Positions 36,901 to 45,681 of a DNA stretch of 64,000 bases are shown one piece after another. Source of the DNA: Dipteris shenzhenensis (taxonomy: Eukaryota); assembly GCA_047967505.1 (NCBI GenBank), contig CM106538.1. One strand, 5' to 3'. Every line of letters begins with the position of its first letter. Positions within the stretch are counted from its first letter, which is position 1. The notes under the pieces are model-generated. The model was given only the letters and a program-made list of their open reading frames with translations. It ran no database searches and had not been told where the DNA came from. The translations under genes were made by a program, and so were the position numbers.

Positions 36901-37204
36901 ACGGTGACGCTTCGTCTTCCGGAGGAGTACTTGTTAAATCGAACGGGCTACTGCGTCCGGAGGATTCGCCTTCCTCCTGAACACCGGAAACGACTGGACC
37001 TTCCTCTCCTGGGATCAGCGGAGGTGTGTCAGAGCGGCTACTACTCTCACTATCCGTGAAGAAGCCGAAGAGAAGATCACGTTGAGCCACATATCTGTCA
37101 TGCCGTTCCTCGCGGGTTGTACGTGCCGATACTGGAGTTGCAGGCTCCCGAGGCCGTGCCGGAGAGCGCGATGTTCCCCCTGGCTCACGCCCAGCGTCAT
37201 TCAT
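33896..37204 (-). CDS. Gag + aspartic protease + first residues of RT, open for 1102 aa, ending inside the 3' LTR
   Basis: YPKFSG gag; three CCHC knuckles; LLDGGSGVNIL protease; FKDVFAWDYTDM RT start, then loss of homology. Confidence 0.9.
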   Translation of the reverse strand: MNDAGREPGGTSRSPARPREPATPVSARTTREERHDRYVAQRDLLFGFFTDSESSSRSDTPPLIPGEEGPVVSGVQEEGESSGRSSPFDLTSTPPEDEASPLRNSPPPSPRRRRGGVPAGSGAPGPSPDPGRGGGGGGGGGGGGVPAVSSAAIPPLVPRMTVKYPKFSGRDKEDADAHILSFEMAWMVNTAPPVQATDLMKMATFIPTLQKQAAVWIAQYGATHFATFDLLRDAFLLRFREDKTRVHVLAKLGKLEQKNQEVEAYAARFRSLIRRLNAATTPAVPIQNAYFMEGLNKGLKRSLASLDLEALSLEEVVQAAVRAEQVLFTSKGRKGKVKYEEAEGDSDTDNEEESDQSDEEEDKRSMRRKAGKTAGKSFPEGSAAGAKSRDSGIGSSSKVRKDTWCNRCRNAGHLAEECGLNERWCAICQTATHTTEICRYNARIAPTPAVAAVVAAPAAVPAAPARRPWRPRTAGTGADEPAGERTFLCFYCNQPGHRKVDCELFKRHKVEKEAIRGSGEGKSTPAVNAVLIIECDDASQQQDSKEPSPTSEEVPEVPAGVLVEGKVGGSASGDVLVVTRSQEKVREYKAPQEKGRPTALDWQAQQKVRSTVGEWVQKTPTVLPRPSADKAVSVTENGAKVARRLQGEQPEATCLPTSQKDSLMTGEEGVEPYDLWQDLRKQQIHMTMEQLLALVPNFRSSLIKQLTEPVRAMESEMEAVTMEVSSDGSAKPEAEVQPPVFDEAVPVISVTLENSRVGGVLLDGGSGVNILSEQMLVPLGITKWESAPFAVRMADQRRVQPLGLLRGLKMEVCGVKFEIAAVILRMEDISGSYPLLLGRPWLRQARVKQDWQSDRITIRKGKKKLKLSVHTKQGLRTPFRPTMAEGIHMMDGMGVEEEDDYFSRNTELVSLFEVDVVAVLKQYQHQIPSATQESSSSTKEPVEGSLPEGTGDMPDEAGVAEAERVFEQELRRSRRVKEDELLDLNLETEEEPKNVRVSAKLDKGFRGKLETLLKSFKDVFAWDYTDMLSTRSSYLYFDRRKRLRQYKYRRRRLQQFQRQQRRWRTMTVATSRMNRSGEPVGSDADPESDSPGVPSVKGKSRN

Positions 37205-37310
37205 GCGCTAGTCTACGCACCGAGGAATCAGAGTATTACAGATGGGGAGCATCCAACCTCTCCGGGGTATCCACCGCGACGAACATGGAAATCTTCCGTG
37301 GTCGCCAAAG

Positions 37311-37776
37311 TGTTAGCCCTCTCTACTCTGAAGACTAACTCGAAACGCACTACTGCGACAGATTTACATGCGTAATCGAACTTCAGAACTGCGTATGAAA
37401 ATTCATAGAGTAGAACAGTGATCGACAGAATCATTCATGATAAAACAATAAGATAGATGCAATAGAATATCTGTATTACACTTCTCCGAGCAGTACAACA
37501 CCGTACTCTCTAATACATAACAATGTTCCTCTTCTGATCACACTGATCCTTGCTCCGATCCTCATCAATGAGCCCCCTGAATGATCGCTCTCTTCTCTTT
37601 TATCTAACCGGCACACATAACTCCTTGACGGTTGCCGTGATGGTTGCCGTGACTCGTCAGTTCTCCGCCTGGTCCTAGAACTTCCGTCTTTTCATATCTC
37701 ACTATAAACTAGATACAACGTATTAATGATAATAATCTAAGGACTCCCCCCCTAGTTCCTGCTTTTGCCCTTAACA
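37311..37776 (-). repeat. 5' LTR of the gag-protease element
   Basis: Direct repeat; adjacent to the PBS. Confidence 0.95.
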
Positions 37777-40361
37777 ATAATCTCCAATTCTCACACATGG
37801 TGATATGCTCATTCCTCATATCCTCTTTGATGAATTTCCTTGTGTGCTTATGCAAGCTTTGTTCCCAATGGAAGAGACATGAGCGCTCTCTCCCAACAAT
37901 TATGTTGTTTGGACCCCCATTGGAAATAGTTCTCATAGCTATCCAATTTGCTCCAACTTCATCAGACATGAAACCATAAAAATCTACAGCGGGATACCCA
38001 CATTCTTTCCTTGTGGCATTCAACATCTCCCAAAATAGGATTTGGCTTGCAGCATCTTCATCTTTCATCTCACATGTGGCGATGGTCATTAATTCCTACA
38101 CACTGGTAGACAAAGCCAACATTATTAAATATTATACCACAACTCTCTTGATGATAGCAACATGGATACATAAGGATGGAGGGAAGTTATACCTAGGATC
38201 ATAAACATGACATGCCATTGTGCTCCACCCAATCACTCGATGGGTGTGATCAAATTGTACCCATGAATTCCTCAAATCACCATTTCCTCCTCTTCTCATG
38301 CGATTGACAAGATCCACACCAGATGCTGGACCATTGGTTGACATTTTAAAAACAAAACATTTTTCATCTGGCAAGCCTTGCCCTGGAAAACGACTTCCAT
38401 GGAGGAATGAATACATAGACCTTTTCTTTAGTAAAAGAAGGCTGTCATAACCTTCCCCAATAGGTAACCTTGCCTTCTTCTCTTGTGCAACAATCCGTTT
38501 GAACCTGTAACATCACAAGTCAACTATTTAGAAGGTCCCTATACCATTCTAAATTTAAGTAAACTAAAAATCACTTAGCTACAAACAAACATACCGTTGA
38601 TTCTCAACTAGTGGTACCAATTGCTCAAGAAAGTTGGTCAACTCTATATCTCCCACACTTGCCCCTTCATTATTGTCTCCTCTCATCAATGATGAATTCA
38701 AGAGCTCTTTGGCAACACTCATTTGAGCTTTGCGTGGTCCAGCATTTTTATCCACCTTTAAAACATCTGCAACAAGCTTCTTTGTTTTCTCTATCATTGC
38801 CTTAGATGTTCCTAGCTACACGGGGTGCTGATGTTCACCAACATGGACCATTAATCTAGTCATTGTTTCATCAAATGGCATTACATAACATACTATGCAA
38901 TTACAAATATTAATGCAATAAGCAGGCTTACGACAATAGTGACAAACAATCTTGTTCCTCTCCTCTTCAGTCAAGAGACCAAGAGCAATCTTCTTTTGTA
39001 GGTAGCCTCTAAAAAAGGATGTGTTAAACTTATTATTGTTTGCAAAATAAGGGCAAGTAATCCTATGGCATTCTAATGAGCCAACACAATAGCTAAGCCT
39101 TACTATACATGAGATAGCCATGTTGGTGGTTGATGGTTTAGTCCATATGTGGCCATCAAATTTTTGCTCCATGACATTCATGCCATTGATGTTTCCAAAA
39201 GTTGGAGGAAATTCCAATAGCATACTTCCATTGTATACCCTTGGTAATTCAGTGACTTGCTTCCTTTGCTTTATATTTGCAATCCACGTTTTGAGTATAT
39301 TGGCTTGCTTGTTCTCCATGATCCAAGGTATGATGCTTTTGCTAATCTGACATTCACCTTTTGAATGGTCCTCATTTGAGCCTTCAAGGTCAATGTGTGA
39401 AGTCTGCATCATCTCAATGTCAACATCAGTCCTCGACTTATAAGAATTGTGGTACATACCGGGCTTCTCAATGGGACTTAACTCTTCAAGATCCACATAA
39501 GGAGATGGTTGAGAGGTTTTCTTTCCTTCTTTGCCAAACTCTTCGGAGTAAACTCTACTAGCAACACAACGTGATGATGAACCAAGCTCTTCAAGATCAC
39601 TAATAGTACTTGCTGCCATGATTGTATTGGGATGAGAGCATACCTTTTTGTCAAGGAGGCATCCAGTACGTAATGCTCTTGACCATCAATATCCCACTCA
39701 GATGAAACCTTTACCTTCATTGTTGCTTCACCTTCAATGACTGCCTTAAGGCAGATGAGCTTGTGTGTATGGGGAAGAAGGCTTTGAAGGAAATGTGCAC
39801 TAACAATCCTTCAGAGTGTGATAGATTCGCTCCTTCAATAAGCCATTCAATAGAAGCCTCTTCTGTAGCCATTTTGGATGACACAACAAAAGGTACCAAA
39901 GACAAAGGGAGCTCAGAGAAAGTGGTTATTAGAGGAGCTCAGAGAATACAAACAATCTTGAGAGCAAAGGGATGGTAATCCAACATGGCATTGAGAGTAG
40001 AGGGATGATAACCCAACACGGATCATGAAAATAAGAAGGGATGAAAGAGAGAAATGCAATGTGATGCAAAGCTAGAAGGCAACCAAAGAGACTTAGAAAG
40101 TAATGGTGGGAGAGAATGAAGAGGAGAAAATGACAAGAGAGTAGTATCAGGATCCGTGGTCACGAGAAAGCAGAGTGCAAATATTGAAAATGGGTAGAGG
40201 ATTGTGAAACAGGTGGTGTTTGAGATAATTCCAATGTCGATTATGCCCTGAGACCACAATGAGAAGTAGCCATGTGGCCGTCATTACAACCCATTGAGCT
40301 GGAATGATGGTGAGAAAGGTGGCGGTCGAGATTCTTTCACAAACTTGGATTATGTCAGGAT

Positions 40362-40512
40362 GCCACAATCTTAAGCCTTAAAAGCCACAATCTTATAGGG
40401 ATGATTAATGATGCCGATTATGCCTTGCCACCACACCATAATCTTAAGCCTTAAAAGCCACATGCTATTATAGGGACGATTAATGATGCCGATTATGCCT
40501 TGCCGCCACAAT
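40362..40512. repeat. Two-copy ~80-bp direct repeat
   Basis: AATCTTAAGCCTTAAAAGCCACA..TTATAGGGA.GATTAATGATGCCGATTATGCCTTGCC occurs twice. Confidence 0.8.
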
Positions 40513-41098
40513 CTGACACTAGTTAGTCACCTTCGCCCCCTCGCGATACTCTATGTAGATCTGGCCCTAGGGGATATTGGCCGGGGTGTTGAGAGATTTG
40601 TTAGAAGTCCTAAAGCGGCAAGCAGTGGCCATAATTGTGGCATTGGAATTAGATGCCGCATGTAAATCCTTTGCTCCCTGTGCAAAGGATATAATACAAG
40701 CTTCTGGCATCAGTAGCAGAAGGAGCAACAATAGTAGTGGTGTGAGGGAGATGCCGTGCAGGAGTGGAGCCATGCTTTGGCTTGCGATTTCTTGCTAGTC
40801 TCGGCAATCCCTCTCTCGGCTCTCTCCTCCCTCTCTCCTCCCTCCTTCGTCCCCTCTCTCGGCTCTCTCCTCCCTCCTTCCACCTTTCCACTCTCCTCCT
40901 TCTTTCCACCTTTCCACTCTCCTCCCTCCTTCCACCTTTCCTCTCTCCTCCCTCCTTCGTCCCCTCTCTTCGTCTCATCTCAGGAAGCTTTGTAAAGGCG
41001 TGGCTAAGGGAGTCGGCTCTTCTAAAAACTCACACGACTGACAGAGCAATAGGTAAAGCGACTCGTATGAATTCTCTTAGCAGCTCATATGAAAAAAA

Positions 41099-41221
41099 AG
41101 GGGGGGACTTCTGAGCCCCCCCTTTTTTTTGGTTTCATAGAGTTTGCGCTAGCGCAGACTCTGGGGGGCTACTGAGCCCCCCCTACAAACATGCCACTTT
41201 TAGAGGCAATGTGAAGCCAAT
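41099..41221. repeat. ~150-bp hairpin-rich tandem unit split by Gypsy copy 2 (continues at 57151-57330)
   Basis: GGGGGG-N-CTGAGCCCCCC motifs; the unit recurs at 57179-57330. Confidence 0.85.
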
Positions 41222-42314
41222 TGTTGACTCTGTGCCAACATGAACTTATGAAGAAAGAGAAGGTGTTACAACTTTGTGATACAACTTTGTGATACAACTT
41301 TGTGTTACAACTTTGTGCTACAACTTCTAGACACAACTTTGTGTTACGACTTTGTGTAACAACTTTGTGTTACAACTTCTACATGTAGAGAATGTGTTAC
41401 AACTTTGTGATACAACTTTGTGTTACAACTTTGTGATACGACTTTGTGTTACATGCAGAGAGAGAAGCTCTCCAACTTGTATAAATACCCCATAATGGAA
41501 TGAAGCCCACACTCTTTGGGGCATTGTGTTGAGTCTACTTTGGTATTCCAAGCATTTGTCTCAAGTGTCCATGCTTCCTTGCACTGCACATCCAAAAGCA
41601 TGTCCTAACCTTGCAACCCTTCTCCCCTCTCCTCCAACCCTGCAACCCACCCTCTCCCTCTCCTCCTCCCTCCTCCTCCTTCCTCCTTCTCCTCCTCCTC
41701 CTCCTCCTCCTACTCCTCCCTCCTCCTCCTCCTCCTCTCTCCTCCCCCTCCCTCCTCCTCTTCCCTCCTCCTCCTTCCTCCTCTCTTTTCTTTCACCCAT
41801 GCTCTTACACCTTCTTCCTCTCCCACTCCTATGCTTTCCTAAACCCTTAAACTCCATGATCTACGAGGGAGACGAGTTCTCCACCATGTACTCTACTCTG
41901 AACCTTGGATCCTCCTTCTAACCCTGGACTCCTTCTAAACCTTGGAACCTCCTTCTGAACCCTGGAACTCTTTCTGAACCCTGGAACCTCCTTCTGAACC
42001 CTGGAACTCTTTCTAAACCCTGGAACCTCCTTCTGAACCCTTAAACTCCTCCTAAACCCTACAACCCCCAATGAAGGCGAAAGCCTTCATTACCTCAACA
42101 AAGATGGTTTATGTGCCTTTTACACATGCTTGCACTTTGTTTGCTTACCACACTTAAGCCTACGTCTCTCACCAGAACATGACTCGAGGTCCTAAGCTTA
42201 CACATATACTACAACGGACAATCCCAATATATCTGTAGGTGACAAAAAGCCTCGGAACCCTGCAAACATAGAAAACCCAGCTCTTCCTACGAAAGCAGTA
42301 GGAAAGAGCAAACA
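41222..42314 (+). repeat. 5' LTR of Gypsy copy 2 (13-bp minisatellite, CCT tract, ~20-bp repeats)
   Basis: TGTT..AACA; direct repeat of 56069-57145. Confidence 0.97.
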
Positions 42315-42316
42315 TT

Positions 42317-42334
42317 TGGTGCCGTTGCCGGGGA
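42317..42334 (+). promoter_or_regulatory. Primer binding site (tRNA-Asp type)
   Basis: TGGTGCCGTTGCCGGGGA, one mismatch from the Athila-type TGGCGCCGTTGCCGGGGA. Confidence 0.85.
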
Positions 42335-42989
42335 GACTAGCGTCTCAAGTAGTGAGTAAACATACGTAGGTATGTGTAAAACAACAAACTACTTCAAACT
42401 TTCACGAACATAACACTCAAGGGCAAGGAGAGTAAATTTTTTTCCCCAATTCTAGCCAAACATATCAACCCCAAACATCAACTTTGGGTTACTACCTTAA
42501 GAAATTTTCTTAATTTCTTAAATAAAAGCCACATGATATACAATCAGGCTAGGTAGTGGACACGGATGCGTAGAGCTTGCAATTTTGATCATTTTACCTT
42601 TTTATAGAAAAGCAAACCGAGCTCTCCATAAAGAGTTATGGCTCGGGAAGAGTTTAGGGTTAAACCCTAACCCTAAACCCTAAACCTAAATCAAATCCTA
42701 TAAAAACCTACTCCACCCCCTCATTCTTCATCTTTCACTTTTTGCCTCCATTCTCTTCTTCATTCCGAGCCCCACGCAAGACACTCCTCCCTCTCCATCG
42801 ACCACCCCCTTACTCCTATCCTCGCAATGTAAGTGACATCGAGCCCTTCTTGCAGCGATGACCTAGCCTTCCACCCACCGTCCATTGTTCTGCAACAATC
42901 CCGTTACATCGAGAAAGACTTGGAGAGCATTCAGGTGACCACTTCTCCCTGCTTTTCGATTTCCGTCTTTCAGGTTTTTTGCTCTTTTT

Positions 42990-44740
42990 TACACCTCCCC
43001 CCTCCCACTCCATCTCCACCACCTCCCCCCTCCCCCCTCCCCCTCCATCTCCACCACCACCTCCCCCCCTCCCCTTCATCTCCACCCCCCCCTCTCCCCC
43101 TCCCCCTCCACCTCCACCTCCCCCTCTCCCCCTCCCCCTCCACCACCACCTCCCCCCTCCCCCTTCATCTCCACCCCCCCCTCTCCCCCTCCCCCTTAAT
43201 CTCCAACAACACCCCTCCCCCCTCCCCCTCCATCTCCACCACCACCTCCCCCCTCCCCCTTCATCTCCACCCCCCCCCTCCCCCCTCCCCCTCCATCTCC
43301 ACCACCACCTCCCCCCTCCCCCTTCATCTCCACCCCCCCCTCTCCCCCTCCCCCTCCACCTCCACCTCCCCCTCTCCCCCTCCCCCTCCACCACCACCCC
43401 CCCCTCTCCCCCTCCCCCTCCACCACCACCTCCCCCCCTCCCCCTCCCCCTTGATCTCCACCTCCCCCTCCCTCTCCACCACCACCTCCCACCTCCCCCT
43501 CCCCCTTCATCTCCACCTCCCTCCTCCCCCCTCCCCCTCCATCTCCACCACCACCTCCCCCCTCCCCCTTCATCTCCACCCCCCCCTCTCCCCCTCCCCC
43601 TCCACCTCCACCTCCACCTCCCCCTCTCCCCCTCCCCCTCCACCACCACCCCCCCTCTCCCCCTCCCCCTCCACCACCACCTCCCCCCCTCCCCCTCCCC
43701 CTTGATCTCCACCTCCCCCTCTCCCCCTCCCCCTCCACCACCACCTCCCCCCCTCCCCCTCCCCCTTCATCTCCACCTCCCCCTCTCCCCCTCCCCCTCC
43801 CCCCTCCCACCTCCACCACCTCCCTTTCACCCTTTCTCTCTCTTTCTCTCTCTCTCCCTCCACCTTCTCTCTCCTTTCTCTCTCCTCCCTCCCCCTTTCT
43901 CTCTCTTTCTCTCTCTCTCCCTCCACCTTCTCTCTCCTTTCTCTCTCCTCTCTCCCCCTTTTCCCCTCTCTCTCTCTCTTCTCTCTCTCCACCTCCCCCC
44001 CTCACTCTCTCCTCTCTCCCCCTCGTTCTCTCTCCCACCCCCTCTCTCTCTCACTCTCTCCTCTCTCCCCCTCATTCTCTCCCCCCTTACGCCCGCCTCT
44101 CTCTAACCCCCCACCCCGCCCCCCTCTCCTCTCTCTCCCCCTTACCCCCTCCCCCTTACCCCCCCTCTCTGTAAACCCCCCTCTCCGTGACCCACCCCAC
44201 CCCACCCCCACCCCTCCCGCGGCGGCGCTTTGCAGAATCACCGCCGCCGCGCGCCCAACCCCCCGCCCCTGCTCACGGCACTGCGACGGTGCGTAGCAGC
44301 GCCCTCCGCCCCGGCCGCCGCCCGCACCACCGCCCGCCCCCGTGCCGCCCGCACCGCCCCCGCTCAGCGCCACCCCCGCCCTACCGACCGCCCGCCCGCT
44401 CGCACCACCGCCTGCCCCCGCGGCGCCACCGACCGCCTGCCTGCAGCGCCCGTGCCGCCCCCGCTCAGCGCCACCCCCCCGCCCTCCCCCTAGCACCACG
44501 CAATGCCCCCCCTCTCCCCTCCACCCCCTCACCTGCGCCCCTTTCGTCGCCCCTCACCCCCCGCACCCCCGCCCCGCCCCCCTCCCCTCCGCTCGCGCCC
44601 TCTCCCCCGCACCCCCGAACCCCCTCCGCTCGCCCCCCCTGCGCAACCCCCCCTGCGCCAACCCCCCTTGCAAAACCCCGCCACCCCCCCCTGGACGCCT
44701 CCGTCGGGAAGCTCCCCCACAGGAACCCCCCCCCCCGAAA
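42990..44740. repeat. Extremely C-rich low-complexity/tandem tract in the Gypsy 5' UTR
   Basis: CCCCT/CCACC units with ~45-bp higher-order repeats, then CT-rich and CpG-rich C tracts. Confidence 0.9.
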
Positions 44741-45681
44741 AAAAAAAACAAAACAAAAACAAAAACCCTAACCTACGGTTAGTTACTAACTACGGTTAGG
44801 TTAGTTGGTTAACCTAGGTTAGGTTAAGTTAGTTGGTTAACCCTCGGCTAGTTAGTCTAACTCAGTAGATTAGGTTAAGCTAGGCTAGTTGGCAGCAACC
44901 TAGACTAGGTTAGTTTTGCCTTTGGTTCGGTTAGTTTCACCTCACCTCAGTTAACTTAACTGTAGTTAGTTACACTAACTAAGTTCGACTATGGTTAGTC
45001 TAACCCTCCCTAGGCTAGGTTATACTAACTGATTAATCTCTAACTAGACAAATAGGTTAGTTAGTCTAACTAGAGTCACTTGGTTTCAACCCCTCAGTTG
45101 GACCTAAAGTCCCTTCCCACCACAATTAGGACCCCCCAAACGCAAAATTTTTCTCCTCCTTTAACCCCTCGAAACTCATCCGTTTGGGACCCAAACTGAA
45201 CCCCGTTTGAACCCAGATTTCACACACGGAAACACCACGTTACGGGGTATTTTTCCAGCCCATTGCACACCATTTTGGCATCCCTAGCACACGTTCATTC
45301 GCGCCCCCGTGTGGGCCTTATTTTGCACAAATTCACTCATATTTTCACGCCGTGACCTCCGATTAACGATCCATCTGCACCGGCACATTTCCCTACACAC
45401 GTAGGACAATCTTAGGCACATTATTAACACGACGGTCCCTACACAATCTAACACCACTCTAACTCTCCTAACAACACCACATCCACAACCGCCCTTGGGG
45501 TAGCGACACCCTTGGCAAATCACGCACCATCTGCATGCAGTTACGTTCGGGCCAACGACTTTGACTCCAACACTCGCCCCATCCACATCTTAATCCACTG
45601 CAACAACCACCCCCGCCAATCCTCCACCCCGAATCCCCCCCTGAGATTCAACAACTCCCTTTAACTCCTCCACGTCCCAAC

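Larger units (their letters stand above)
33455..37776 (-). mobile_element. Non-autonomous Gypsy deletion derivative (gag-protease only), young
   Basis: 466-bp LTRs at 33455-33920 and 37311-37776 (~3 differences seen). Perfect TSD ATAAT. PBS TGGCGACCAC at 37307-37298. Confidence 0.95.
31673..39619 (-). pseudogene. Spliced MULE transposase: GCM-like zinc domain, DDE core, C-terminal SWIM finger; interrupted by the Gypsy derivative
   Basis: VQFDHTH (D1), FMSDE (D2), SCLFHWEQ (CxxH), SNVAESIH (E). SWIM: CTCPNF..ACKHIYY. N-terminal W..TTN..CVGSLEC..C..CHYC..C.C..GEHQHP. Confidence 0.82.
31136..39900 (-). mobile_element. Mutator-like (MULE) DNA transposon; one end at ~31136, other end not identified
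   Basis: Abrupt junction with Copia A at GGGAAAATTTT, followed by repeated GCGAGCTTTTT motifs. Transposase inside. Right boundary is approximate. Confidence 0.7.

Noticed and set aside
31136-41100. Matching second TIR/TSD for the MULE
   Set aside because: No reverse complement of GGGAAAATTTTATTGTGAGC and no resumption of Copia A was found by eye in the window.
41526-41921. Pro/Ser/Leu ORFs in the LTRs (also 56325-56714 and 62831-63260)
   Set aside because: Translations of the (CCT)n tract within LTRs.
42653-42684. Telomere or chromosome-fusion site
   Set aside because: Only a few units, internal to a retrotransposon leader; treated as telo-box motifs.
42816-44799. Long Pro-rich/Gly-rich ORFs (extensin-like)
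   Set aside because: By-products of the C-rich tract in the Gypsy leader; open in nearly all frames on both strands.
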